NCBI GenBank assembly: GCA_943787705.1
Contig: CALSNL010000001.1
Coordinates: 396,765 to 460,764, forward strand
DNA: 64,000 nucleotides
Direction: 5' to 3'
Source: an uncultured Pseudomonadales bacterium
GTDB taxonomy: Bacteria; Pseudomonadota; Gammaproteobacteria; Pseudomonadales; UBA7434
The notes below the pieces were generated by a model. The model saw nothing but the letters and a program-made list of their open reading frames with translations. It was not told the origin of the DNA and searched no databases. How positions within the stretch are numbered: the stretch's first letter is position 1; each line of letters opens with the position of its first letter. The translations under genes were made by a program, and so were the position numbers. This document shows positions 44,912-54,724 of the stretch, piece after piece.

Positions 44912-45004
44912 CCTTTAATTAAAGTTCTAATCTGATTTCTAATTTAATTTTTAATATAGTTGCTTAATGGGCCTAGAGTCCAAAATCGTACGAAGAGATA
45001 ATGT

Positions 45005-45880
45005 ATGAGTACAATGACGGTTGATACCAATTCCAGTTCGCTATCGAGTAATGCGCTTTCTTCCGATGATGCGCGTGACACTTCACGTGATTATCGAACG
45101 ACAGTTGGCAAGATAGAAGTTGCCGATACTAAAATGTCGATGCGTAATGTGAATGTTTCTTATGGTGATAAACAAGCCGTTTTTGGTGTCGACTTAGATA
45201 TTGCCAAAAACGAAGTTATTGCAATGATAGGGCCGTCGGGTTGCGGTAAATCTACGTTTCTTCGTTGTATGAATCGCATGAATGACACTATTGAAGGTTG
45301 TGTTGTGTCTGGTTCTTTGAAGCTAGATGACCAAGATATTTATGATCCAAAGTTAGATGTTGTGCCGCTTAGGGCACGAGTGGGGATGGTTTTTCAGAAG
45401 CCAAATCCTTTTCCTAAATCTATTTATGATAACGTTGCCTACGGTCCTCAGATTCATGGCTTGGCAAGCAGTAAAGTTGAGCTTGATGAAATAGTTGAGA
45501 ACAGCCTAAAAAAAGCAGGTTTATGGAATGAAGCTAAAGATCGTCTTGATCAGCCGGGTACTGGCTTATCGGGCGGACAACAGCAGCGTTTATGTATTGC
45601 TAGGACCATTGCGGTTAGTCCTGAAGTTATTCTCATGGATGAGCCTTGTTCAGCCCTGGATCCAATTGCTACAGCGCGTATAGAAGAGTTAATTGACGAG
45701 TTAAGCGCTAATTTCACCATCGCCATTGTTACGCATTCTATGCAGCAGGCGGCACGTGTATCGCACCGAACAGCTTATTTTCACTTAGGTTATTTAGTTG
45801 AAATTGGTGCAACCGACGATATCTTTACCAATCCTCGTCATCGTCTAACAGAAGACTATATTACTGGTCGTTTTGGTTAA
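45005..45880 (+). CDS. pstB: phosphate ABC transporter ATPase
   Basis: Walker [10 protein letters not shown], signature LSGGQQQRL, Walker B ILMDEP. Confidence 0.96.
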   Translation: MSTMTVDTNSSSLSSNALSSDDARDTSRDYRTTVGKIEVADTKMSMRNVNVSYGDKQAVFGVDLDIAKNEVIAMIGPSGCGKSTFLRCMNRMNDTIEGCVVSGSLKLDDQDIYDPKLDVVPLRARVGMVFQKPNPFPKSIYDNVAYGPQIHGLASSKVELDEIVENSLKKAGLWNEAKDRLDQPGTGLSGGQQQRLCIARTIAVSPEVILMDEPCSALDPIATARIEELIDELSANFTIAIVTHSMQQAARVSHRTAYFHLGYLVEIGATDDIFTNPRHRLTEDYITGRFG

Positions 45881-45906
45881 GCCAACAAATAAGGGGTTAA
45901 TATTTA

Positions 45907-46623
45907 ATGACAATTAAAAGAAGTTCATCGCATATTTCACAGCGTTATGATGACGAGCTAGCAGCGGTTAAAAGTCAGCTGTTTGAAATGGGTGGCATTG
46001 TTGAAAAGCAAGTGACTGATGCGATTAAAGCCTTGCTTGAAGTTGACAGTGAATTAGCTGAGCGCGTGGTGGTTGATGATGAGCATATCAATACTATGGA
46101 AGTTACCATTGACGAAGATTGCGGTTTAATCCTCGCTCGTCGTCAGCCAGCAGCTAAAGACCTTCGCTTAGTGCTTACCATTATTAAAGCGACTACTGAC
46201 CTTGAGCGTATTGGTGATGAGGCCAGAAAGATGGCTAAGCAAGCAATTACCTTGGCAGAAGAAGGGAAGGCGCCTAGAGGCTATGTAGAGATTCGTCACA
46301 TAGGTCAGATTGTTGCTAACATGTTATCTCAGGCGTTAGATTGTTTTGTTCGTCAAGACGTTGAGCTTGCCCTTAAAGTAGCTCAAGAAGATAAGACCGT
46401 TGATCTTGAATATGCGTCTGCTATTCGTGAGATGATGACTTATATGATGGAAGACCCGCGCAGCATATCAAGAGTTATGAGTATTATGTGGTCATTGCGA
46501 GCGCTGGAGCGTATTGGTGATCATGCACGTAATATTGCTGAGCATGTTATCTACTTAGTTAAAGGTGATGACGTTCGTCACGTTGGATTAAAGCAAATGG
46601 CAAAAACCGTTCACGATCAATAG
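45907..46623 (+). CDS. phoU: phosphate signalling complex protein PhoU
   Basis: Duplicated PhoU repeats with the ERIGD motif present twice (DLERIGDEA, ALERIGDHA). Confidence 0.95.
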   Translation: MTIKRSSSHISQRYDDELAAVKSQLFEMGGIVEKQVTDAIKALLEVDSELAERVVVDDEHINTMEVTIDEDCGLILARRQPAAKDLRLVLTIIKATTDLERIGDEARKMAKQAITLAEEGKAPRGYVEIRHIGQIVANMLSQALDCFVRQDVELALKVAQEDKTVDLEYASAIREMMTYMMEDPRSISRVMSIMWSLRALERIGDHARNIAEHVIYLVKGDDVRHVGLKQMAKTVHDQ

Positions 46624-46788
46624 TCGCTAACGGCTTTTCTGTCGTGGCCTTATCAATAGCTTTTTCTATTTATGCTCTAAGACATTCTGAATTAGAGCAA
46701 AATCAAATTCTATTTAAATTCTTTCTGTTACCTTTCTGCATACGCTTTTCTTGCTTCTCTGCTGTTCTATTAATAACTGGCTAAAAAA

Positions 46789-46823
46789 AACGTTATGCAA
46801 CTATTAGGCTGCATAACGTTTTT
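46789..46823. terminator. bidirectional terminator between convergent phoU and pit
   Basis: An A8 run, then aacgttatgca / tgcataacgtt (11-bp stem), then T5. Confidence 0.85.
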
Positions 46824-46869
46824 GACTGCGGGCGAAAGAGATCTGCTACAAGGCTAGCTAATAACTCGC

Positions 46870-48153
46870 TTAGCTAAAGACACCCTTAAAGAAGAAGAAG
46901 AATAATATTGCCAAGCCAGCACCAGCGGGCAGGGTAATTAGCCATGACATAAATATGGTACTTACAACGCGAAGATTCAACGCACCAATCCCTCGCGCTA
47001 AGCCCACACCGAGTACCGCTCCCACTAAAGTATGCGTTGTTGAAATAGGTAAGCCAGTAGCCGATGCAAGTACGACGGTAGTCGCCGCACCTAGTTCAGC
47101 AGCAAAACCTCTGCTGGGAGTTAACTCTGTAATTTTTCTGCCTATGGTAGCCATAACTTTAAAACCATAAGTCGCCAAACCTAAGACAATACCGCCACCA
47201 CCTAATAAAAGTATCCAAGGTGGCATAGCTGATTTAGCGACAACATCGCCACCACTACTAATAACACCTACAACAGCCGCAATAGGACCAACGGCATTGG
47301 CGACATCATTAGAGCCATGAGCAAAGGCCATTGCGCAAGCGGTAAATACCATTAACACAGCGAATATTTTTTCTACATTCGCAAAGCGATTAGCGGAAAA
47401 GTCGATAGGCGTATCTTTAATACCCTTTAAAAAGTATTTGCCGATTAATGCAACGATAATACCTAGGACAATAGCGGCAGGAATAGCATTGGCAAACTTG
47501 GATTCAAAGCCAAAATCTAATTCGATACCAACATGTTTTAAGCCTTTAAGTAGCGTTACCATGGCAATCATAAAGCCCACGGCAAACATATAAATAGGCA
47601 CGTATTTTTTTGCGTTAGCGAAAGGGTCTTTAGTGTCTAAGATTAATCGCTGGACACTCATAAATAGCCAATAAGAAATAGTCCCTGCCATTACTGGCGA
47701 AACAACCCAGCTAGCTACAATTTTCCCGACCTTTGGCCAAGCTACTGCATCGACGCCAATACCGACCGCTGCAAAACCAACTAAGGCACCGACAATAGAG
47801 TGGGTTGTCGAAACAGGCCAGCCTTTCATGCTAGCTATAAATAACCAGGTGCCAGCAGCAAGTAGGGCAGACATCATGCCGTAGACTAGAAGCTGTGGTG
47901 AATCCGTTAGAATGGCAGGGTCAATAATGCCTTTACGAATGGTTGATGTGACTTCACCGCCTGCTAAATAGGCACCGGCAAATTCAAATATCATAGCGAT
48001 AATAATCGCTTGTTTAACCGTAATGGCTTTTGAGCCGACAGATGTGCCCATCGCATTAGCGACATCGTTAGCACCAACGCCCCACGCCATAAACAAACCA
48101 AAACAACAAGTCAGGATTAAAAGTAAGTGACCGTGCTGAGCAATAATATCCAT
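46870..48153 (-). CDS. pit: inorganic phosphate transporter, PiT family
   Basis: The GANDVANA signature occurs twice (N- and C-terminal halves). Likely start ATG at 48153 (MDIIAQHG...). Confidence 0.92.
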   Translation of the reverse strand: MDIIAQHGHLLLILTCCFGLFMAWGVGANDVANAMGTSVGSKAITVKQAIIIAMIFEFAGAYLAGGEVTSTIRKGIIDPAILTDSPQLLVYGMMSALLAAGTWLFIASMKGWPVSTTHSIVGALVGFAAVGIGVDAVAWPKVGKIVASWVVSPVMAGTISYWLFMSVQRLILDTKDPFANAKKYVPIYMFAVGFMIAMVTLLKGLKHVGIELDFGFESKFANAIPAAIVLGIIVALIGKYFLKGIKDTPIDFSANRFANVEKIFAVLMVFTACAMAFAHGSNDVANAVGPIAAVVGVISSGGDVVAKSAMPPWILLLGGGGIVLGLATYGFKVMATIGRKITELTPSRGFAAELGAATTVVLASATGLPISTTHTLVGAVLGVGLARGIGALNLRVVSTIFMSWLITLPAGAGLAILFFFFFKGVFS

Positions 48154-48216
48154 AAACAACGACCTATCATATGAACAAATTAGATTAAAAGAATTTTGTT
48201 TTATTAATTATTATTG

Positions 48217-48894
48217 TTAACTAGCAATCAGTAACTGCATGCGTGAGCCAACTTTTTGAGCGCGATCTGCGAGCTCGCCAATGCCATCGATAATGCGGTA
48301 TAGAAACATAACATCGATGGGAGAGAGTTTGCTTTCTAGCTTAAAGAGCTTTGCACGAACAGCTATTTGCAGCTTATCATTTTTATTTTCGAGGTCATCG
48401 AGTTCTTCAATGAGGCCTTCTACTAAAATAAGTTCGCGCCCTCTAAAGCCCGTTGATAGCAATTCATCCATTTCATTAATAGCTTTGAGTGCCTGTGCTG
48501 ATGTAGCGACAGCGGTTTCAGCATATTCAAGAATAATTTCGGCCATGGATTCAGGAATAACCATTTTTCGGCCCATCATAATGCCGCTAATGTCTTTAGT
48601 GCAGTTAGCGATTTTATCTTGTCGGCCAATAAGGTCGAGCATGTCCGAACGATGGACAGGCATTAATAAGTTCTTAGGCAGATTTAGACGTAAATCTTTT
48701 TTGATTTTATCGGCTTTAGCTTCGAGCTTAGAGATAGTGCTTCGAATTTGCTTGGCTGTAGCCCAGTCATCTTGCAGGCTGGCTTCTATAAACGGAATTA
48801 GCTGTTGGGCGCATTCATGTACGCGGGCCATATGAGTTTGGATGGGGCGTATAGGTGATTGACCAAATAGATTGGAAAAGGGGTTGCCTGCCAT
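48217..48894 (-). CDS. DUF47 / PhoU-like Pit accessory protein
   Basis: 225-aa helical protein directly upstream of pit in the same operon, the arrangement typical of the TIGR00153-type family. Confidence 0.8.
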   Translation of the reverse strand: MAGNPFSNLFGQSPIRPIQTHMARVHECAQQLIPFIEASLQDDWATAKQIRSTISKLEAKADKIKKDLRLNLPKNLLMPVHRSDMLDLIGRQDKIANCTKDISGIMMGRKMVIPESMAEIILEYAETAVATSAQALKAINEMDELLSTGFRGRELILVEGLIEELDDLENKNDKLQIAVRAKLFKLESKLSPIDVMFLYRIIDGIGELADRAQKVGSRMQLLIAS

Positions 48895-48977
48895 AATTAT
48901 CTCTCTCTTGCTTTATAATGCGTGTAATTACGCTTAGGCTGGCAATTATAGATATTCTGCCGGCCGCGTACAGCGTT

Positions 48978-48997
48978 TTATTACATTTTTATGACAG
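48978..48997 (-). promoter_or_regulatory. Pho box upstream of the DUF47-pit operon
   Basis: The minus strand reads CTGTCATAAAAATGTAATAA, about 85-100 nt upstream of the start codon. Confidence 0.65.
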
Positions 48998-49325
48998 TTA
49001 GGGGCTGCCCTTATTGGGCGTTTATTGATCTATTTGTTGTTGAGAATTAAGGGTTCTGACTGCGTAAGTGAGTTGGTCGAGAATAAATACTTATTCCAAC
49101 ATTTTAGTATAAGCTTTGTTAATGAATACTTTGTAGCTTGAAATGATTCTTTTTAACGGCTGGGTCTATTCAGCATTACTAGATATGATGCATTATTGTT
49201 AATAGGGTGCCACACTCATAGAGCCTTAAGGCTCGTTTAATGCTCGATTTTATAACGAGTGCTAATAAAAAATTATTTTCGCCTTATCTTTTTATTCGTT
49301 TAAGATGAGACTTTCCTTTTATTGA

Positions 49326-51194
49326 TTGAGTAATAAAATTTTGCAGTTTAGAAAAGATATAAATGGACTAAGAGCCATTGCAGTTATAGCTGTCGTACTT
49401 TTTCATTTTAATGCATCTTGGATGCCCGGTGGCTTTGCTGGTGTAGATGTGTTTTTTGTTATTTCCGGTTTCTTAATGACAGGAATAATATTTAGGGGCA
49501 TAGAACAAGAAAACTTTTCTATTTTAAGATTTTATCTGGCTCGTGCCGACAGGATTATTCCTGCTCTCGCCGCGCTCTGTTTTGTCATCCTCGTTTTTGG
49601 TTATTTCTTTTTGACACCATGGGATTATAAGACGGTTGGTCGTGATATCGCGACAAGTATGTTTTTTGTCAGTAGCATTATGTTTAGTTTAGCCGGAGGA
49701 TATTTTGATACTGGCGATAATTTTTTATTACATACTTGGTCTCTGTCGACTGAATGGCAGTTTTATATAATATATCCGCTGCTGCTAGTAATTATGCGGA
49801 AGTTCATGCCTCTAAAAGCGCTCAAAATAACTGTCTTATTCGTGATGGTTTTGGGCTTTATATTTAGCGCTATAGCAACTTCTATATGGCCTACTGGCTC
49901 ATATTATTTATTGCCTATGAGAGCGTGGGAAATGATGTTGGGTGGGGTCGCATACCTTTATCCTTTCACTGTTCGAGAGAAATATAAAAAACTAATTGAA
50001 ATTACTGGCATATTGCTAATTGTTTGTTCATATTTTCTAGTATCAAAAGAAAACCCGTGGCCTGGTTATTTAGCAATGTTTCCAGTGCTTGGCACTTTTT
50101 TTATTATTCAATCTCAGCGGAATAATAGCTTTTTTACGAGTAATGCTTTATTTCAGAGAATAGGTATTTGGTCTTATTCTATTTATCTTTGGCATTGGCC
50201 TATAGCTGTGTCATTTAGTTACTATGCTATCAATGAAAAGTACAAAATCATTGGCATTGTACTTTCTATATTTATTGGCTATTTAAGCTACTACTTCATT
50301 GAGAGTAAAGTCAGAAAGAGCTCATCATTAATAAAAGGGTTACTTAAGTATTCTGTCATGGTATTTTTATTTGCTGTGGTGGGAAGTCTTATATTTAAAA
50401 CTCAGGGTCTTGTACAAAGAGAGAGTCTCGTGTCGAATCCACTGATACAAGGCGGAACCATGAATGACTATCGGATTAGAGACGGTGTATCGATTTTAAA
50501 TTCACAAGAAAAATATGACTATATCCTTATCGGTGATAGCTACTCTAACCATTATGTTCGTGGGATTATGCACGCAGGCTCTAAGGTCAAGCACTCTTGG
50601 TACCCAACTTGTTTGTCTTTCCCTAATTCAGTGTCTACAAGAAGTGGTATGTTTCTTAACATTGCAGAGGATTGCAAAAACAATTACCTGTTAGGTTTAA
50701 GCGAACACGCGAAAACAATAATAGCTCAGAGTTGGGATAGAGCAGAAGAGGGAAGTCTGGAATGTAAAAATAAGAAATGCAATCTAACAGGATCTTATTC
50801 CATAGACTTAAAGGCGCAATTAAAAGAATTGTTTGAGTTTTATAGTAGTAATAAACATATCTATTTAATTGGCGAGCTACCAAAGGCTAGTACCAATAAA
50901 ATAATGCAATGTTTAAAAACCAATCGGTTATTGGGATTAGGTCTAAAGTGTGAGCAGCAAGCTGAACATAAAGAATCGGTGGCTAATATAAATAGCATAT
51001 TAAATGATACTGCATCAGCTTATGACAATGTTACTTTTATAGATCCGGTAAAAGCCATTTGTATTGATAATCTATGTAATTACTCTGTCAATGGTAAGTC
51101 TATATTTATGCCTGATGCGGGGCATTTATCAGGGTTTGGTTCCGAGCTTGTGTGGAATTATATTATCAATGAAATCAAAGGATTTAATGAATAA
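49326..51194 (+). CDS. acyltransferase-3 family O-acyltransferase with C-terminal SGNH-like domain (OafA-like)
   Basis: N-terminal RKDINGLRAIAVIAVVLFH motif and about 10 TM segments, then a soluble C-terminal domain (ILIGDSYSNH). 622 aa. Confidence 0.85.
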   Translation: MSNKILQFRKDINGLRAIAVIAVVLFHFNASWMPGGFAGVDVFFVISGFLMTGIIFRGIEQENFSILRFYLARADRIIPALAALCFVILVFGYFFLTPWDYKTVGRDIATSMFFVSSIMFSLAGGYFDTGDNFLLHTWSLSTEWQFYIIYPLLLVIMRKFMPLKALKITVLFVMVLGFIFSAIATSIWPTGSYYLLPMRAWEMMLGGVAYLYPFTVREKYKKLIEITGILLIVCSYFLVSKENPWPGYLAMFPVLGTFFIIQSQRNNSFFTSNALFQRIGIWSYSIYLWHWPIAVSFSYYAINEKYKIIGIVLSIFIGYLSYYFIESKVRKSSSLIKGLLKYSVMVFLFAVVGSLIFKTQGLVQRESLVSNPLIQGGTMNDYRIRDGVSILNSQEKYDYILIGDSYSNHYVRGIMHAGSKVKHSWYPTCLSFPNSVSTRSGMFLNIAEDCKNNYLLGLSEHAKTIIAQSWDRAEEGSLECKNKKCNLTGSYSIDLKAQLKELFEFYSSNKHIYLIGELPKASTNKIMQCLKTNRLLGLGLKCEQQAEHKESVANINSILNDTASAYDNVTFIDPVKAICIDNLCNYSVNGKSIFMPDAGHLSGFGSELVWNYIINEIKGFNE

Positions 51195-51215
51195 GTTTAT
51201 GGTGTGTAATTTAGA

Positions 51216-51243
51216 TAAAAAAAAGAGGGCGATTAAGCCCTCT
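51216..51243 (-). terminator. rho-independent terminator of the porin gene
   Basis: The minus strand reads gagagggc ttaatc gccctct followed by T8. Confidence 0.8.
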
Positions 51244-51279
51244 CAAAAACACTATAAATAAAAGAATATAAATTAACAA

Positions 51280-52229
51280 TTAAAACTTAATTTCATAACC
51301 TAATGCAAAAGTATTGGCATCAGTGGTAACGCCGTCATCTGCTTCAACTTTTGCGTAATAGCTAAAGATTTTAGACTTTTTACCTAGCTTGTAATCAACA
51401 CCAACTGCTGTTTGTGTGATCTCTTTTGTTTCGTCATCTGATTCAGCATACTGTCCTTTAAGGATAAGGCCATTCGATAACTTATACTCGCCGCTAAGTA
51501 CAAAGCCGTCTTCATCATTGCTGCCTTCATCGGCAACTTGATAGAGTGCGCCAAGCTTGAATCCATCACCTTTATACTCACCAACTAAGCGAGTTAACGA
51601 TTCAACACTGCTGTCAATCGTTTCGCCGTCGTCATGTGCAACAGTAAACGAATAACCGTTAGCTTTGTAGGATATAGCAGCTGAAACACCGTCTGTAACA
51701 TCACCGTCATCTTCTTCACCTGGAACAAAGGCTACAGTCGCTGATAAGCCATTCATTTTTGGTGTTGTATACATAATGATATTTTTAGCGCGGTTTTCAC
51801 CTTGAATAACATTTTTGATGTCGCCCAATACTAAATCATTAAAGCGATCAATTTTTCCTTGCGCTAATTTAGTAGGGGTGTCGTGGTTACCTGCAATGAT
51901 AGTACCAAAGCCACCTTGAAAACCGGCATAAATATTACGCTGCTTAAATTCGCTATTACTATCTTCTTTTCCATCATCGCCATCATCAATAAAAGTTTCA
52001 TATTCAAACTTATAAATAGCTTTAATTGAATCCGAAGCATCAAAAGAACCTTTAATACCAAAGCGTGATGCATTGCTGTTTAAGCTTTCCTAGTGTCGCT
52101 GCTGCCTTCGTCGTCAGTCTGGTTTAGGCTTAGATTCGCTTTGCCATAGACCTTAGGGTCGCCTGCTAAAACGGTTGTTGCATTTAAGCTTGCTGCAATT
52201 ATTGCTAAAGATAGAATTTTTTGTTTCAT
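51280..52229 (-). pseudogene. Gram-negative porin with Pho-box promoter, split by one frameshift near 52086-52091
   Basis: GGAGA ribosome-binding site plus MKQKILSLAIIAASLNATTVLA signal peptide from 52229, running into a stop after ...GSSDTRKA. The next frame continues SLNSNASRFGIKGSFD...FALGYEIKF, with the terminal Phe typical of OM beta-barrels. Confidence 0.8.
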
Positions 52230-52310
52230 CTTTGTACGTCTCCACATAAGTTATGTCTTTTTTTGACCCATCAACAGGTCGGGCTAACGAGATGCATATT
52301 ATGACCGAAC

Positions 52311-52330
52311 TATTACATTTATATGACAAG
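52311..52330 (-). promoter_or_regulatory. Pho box upstream of the porin gene
   Basis: The minus strand reads CTTGTCATATAAATGTAATA, about 82 nt upstream of the ATG. Confidence 0.6.
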
Positions 52331-52452
52331 TTGATATTTTTAAGTCATTTTTATGGCATTTTTGTGTCTTTTATACTTTTATAGAGTCTATCGTGTGTAA
52401 GTCTCTAATTTTGCTCTTTTTTTTTCATTACTAAACAGAGTAACATCTCTTT

Positions 52453-53352
52453 ATGCAAAATCATGATGAAATTATAAGCCAGTTAACTACTATTCGAGAC
52501 TATGCACGCTGGAGCATGGGCCGGTTCACGGAATCTAATATATTCTATGGTCATGGTACAGATAACGCTTGGGATGAGGCGCTAACGCTCATTTTCCATT
52601 TATTGCATCTGCCTCCAGAGGCCAATCAGCATGTGCTTGATGCTGTTCTTACCAAAGCTGAGCGTCAGCTTATACTGCGTGTGGTCGAAGCTCGCTGCTT
52701 AGATAGAATGCCGCTACCTTATTTAACTAATGAAGCATGGTTTACAGGCATGCCATTTATTGTTGATGAACGGGTGTTAATTCCTCGCTCACCCATTGGC
52801 GAGCTTATTGAGAATGGTTTTTTTCCTTGGGCCCCGCAAACAACATCAAAAGTGTTAGATATGTGTACTGGCAGTGGCTGTATTGGCTTAGCCTGTGTGA
52901 ATCATCTTGATGTTGAAGCCGATTTAGTTGATCTCTCCGAAGGTGCTTTAGCTGTTGCAGCGAAGAATATTACTAAGCATGGTATGTCAGAGAGTGCACG
53001 TATTATACAATCTGATTTATTCGCTGAAGTGAATGATCATTACGATATTATCGTTACAAACCCTCCCTATGTTGATGCCGCCGATTTAGACGCTATGCCC
53101 CCAGAGTTTCATCATGAGCCTCGCGTTGCACTAGCCGCAGGCGATGATGGCCTCGATTTAGCTCATAGGATATTGGCTGAAGCGAGCAGTTATTTGACAG
53201 AACAGGGCATCTTGGTCATGGAGGTTGGTAATAGCTGGGTTGCTTTAGAGAAGGCTTATCCATCTATTCCATTTACTTGGATAGAGTTTGAGCGCGGTGG
53301 GCACGGTGTTTGTGTGTTTAATCGTCAAGAGCTTGTTCAGTACTTTACATAG
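52453..53352 (+). CDS. prmB: 50S ribosomal protein L3 glutamine N5-methyltransferase
   Basis: SAM motif LDMCTGSGCIG and catalytic NPPY. Located upstream of aroC, as in enterobacteria. Confidence 0.9.
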   Translation: MQNHDEIISQLTTIRDYARWSMGRFTESNIFYGHGTDNAWDEALTLIFHLLHLPPEANQHVLDAVLTKAERQLILRVVEARCLDRMPLPYLTNEAWFTGMPFIVDERVLIPRSPIGELIENGFFPWAPQTTSKVLDMCTGSGCIGLACVNHLDVEADLVDLSEGALAVAAKNITKHGMSESARIIQSDLFAEVNDHYDIIVTNPPYVDAADLDAMPPEFHHEPRVALAAGDDGLDLAHRILAEASSYLTEQGILVMEVGNSWVALEKAYPSIPFTWIEFERGGHGVCVFNRQELVQYFT

Positions 53353-53382
53353 TTTTTATTACGAGCGATTTAATTAAAGCCT

Positions 53383-53423
53383 GTTGTTGTAGATTGATGT
53401 GTTGTTGTAGATTAATGTGTTGA
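53383..53423. repeat. 18-bp tandem repeat x2.2 (gttgttgtagattgatgt)
   Basis: Direct reading of the sequence. Confidence 0.85.
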
Positions 53424-53594
53424 GGACTGTCGGTTGAGTGGTAGTTAATCGCTTATTAATTCCTAATAATTGTCTTTTTAAAGTTCATTTAAGGTTCATT
53501 TCACGTCTATAATGATCAAACGGCGTCGATAATCTCGTATAATAACGCCATTAAATTTCCATAATCGGTTTAACACAATAGAGGCGCTTCAAGC

Positions 53595-54695
53595 ATGTCC
53601 GGCAATACCATTGGCAAGCTTTTCACAGTCACCAGTTTTGGTGAAAGTCATGGACTCGCACTAGGCGCAGTAGTTGATGGCTGCCCACCAGGTTTATCGA
53701 TTACAGAAGCCGATTTGCAAATTGATTTAGATCGTCGCAAGCCCGGACAATCACGGTTTACAACGCAGCGACGTGAAGCCGATGAAATCAAAATTCTTTC
53801 TGGCGTATTTGAAGGCAAAACAACAGGCACTTCTATTGGTTTGTTGATTGAAAATACCGATCAAAAATCGAAAGACTACTCAAAAATTCAAGATCAGTTT
53901 CGTCCTGCCCATGCCGATTATACCTATCAGCAAAAATATGGCCTACGTGACTATCGTGGCGGCGGTCGTTCTTCGGCACGCGAAACAGCAATGCGTGTTG
54001 CTGCTGGCGCCATTGCTAAAAAATATCTGCTTGAGCATTTTGGCATTACGATTAAAGGGTACTTGTCTCAACTAGGCCCATTAGCTATTAATAATGTTGA
54101 TTGGGACGAAATTGAAAACAATGCGTTTTTCTGTCCTGATGCCGCCTTAGTGCCACAGTTAGAAGATTACATGGCCAATCTCAATAAAGAGGGCGATTCA
54201 ATTGGTGCCAAAATCACCGTAACAGCAACCTCAATGCCAGTCGGTTTAGGTGAGCCTGTATTTGATCGCTTAGACGCCGAAGTTGCCCATGCACTAATGG
54301 GTATTAACGCGGTTAAAGGTGTAGAGATTGGTGCTGGCTTTGATGTGGTTGCGCAGAAGGGCAGTGAACATCGTGACGAATTGACGCCAGAGGGCTTTAA
54401 AAGTAATAACTCCGGCGGTATTTTAGGCGGTATATCTTCTGGCCAAGATATTGTTGCGCATATTGCTTTAAAGCCGACATCCAGTATTCGTTTACCGGGT
54501 GATAGCATTAATGAAAAAGGCGAGGCCGTTGAGGTTATTACCACTGGCAGACATGATCCCTGTGTTGGCATTCGTGCCGTGCCTATTGCTGAAGCCATGC
54601 TCGCGATTGTTTTGATGGATCATATGCTTCGGCATCGTGGCCAGAATGCTGATGTTGTGTCGGCAACGCCAATAATCCCTGGTTCTACTAATTAA
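53595..54695 (+). CDS. aroC: chorismate synthase
   Basis: [20 protein letters not shown] and [11 protein letters not shown] motifs. Confidence 0.96.
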   Translation: MSGNTIGKLFTVTSFGESHGLALGAVVDGCPPGLSITEADLQIDLDRRKPGQSRFTTQRREADEIKILSGVFEGKTTGTSIGLLIENTDQKSKDYSKIQDQFRPAHADYTYQQKYGLRDYRGGGRSSARETAMRVAAGAIAKKYLLEHFGITIKGYLSQLGPLAINNVDWDEIENNAFFCPDAALVPQLEDYMANLNKEGDSIGAKITVTATSMPVGLGEPVFDRLDAEVAHALMGINAVKGVEIGAGFDVVAQKGSEHRDELTPEGFKSNNSGGILGGISSGQDIVAHIALKPTSSIRLPGDSINEKGEAVEVITTGRHDPCVGIRAVPIAEAMLAIVLMDHMLRHRGQNADVVSATPIIPGSTN

Positions 54696-54724
54696 TAATA
54701 GTTTTTTAACTGGTTAAACCGTTC

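Noticed and set aside
48281-48835. 184-aa Ser-rich ORF antisense to the DUF47 gene
   Set aside because: It is a shadow ORF of a well-supported gene. Its composition is low-complexity.
51864-52073. 69-aa ORF within the porin region
   Set aside because: It is in the wrong frame. The porin sequence (SLNSNASRFGIKG...) reads in a different frame across the same nucleotides.
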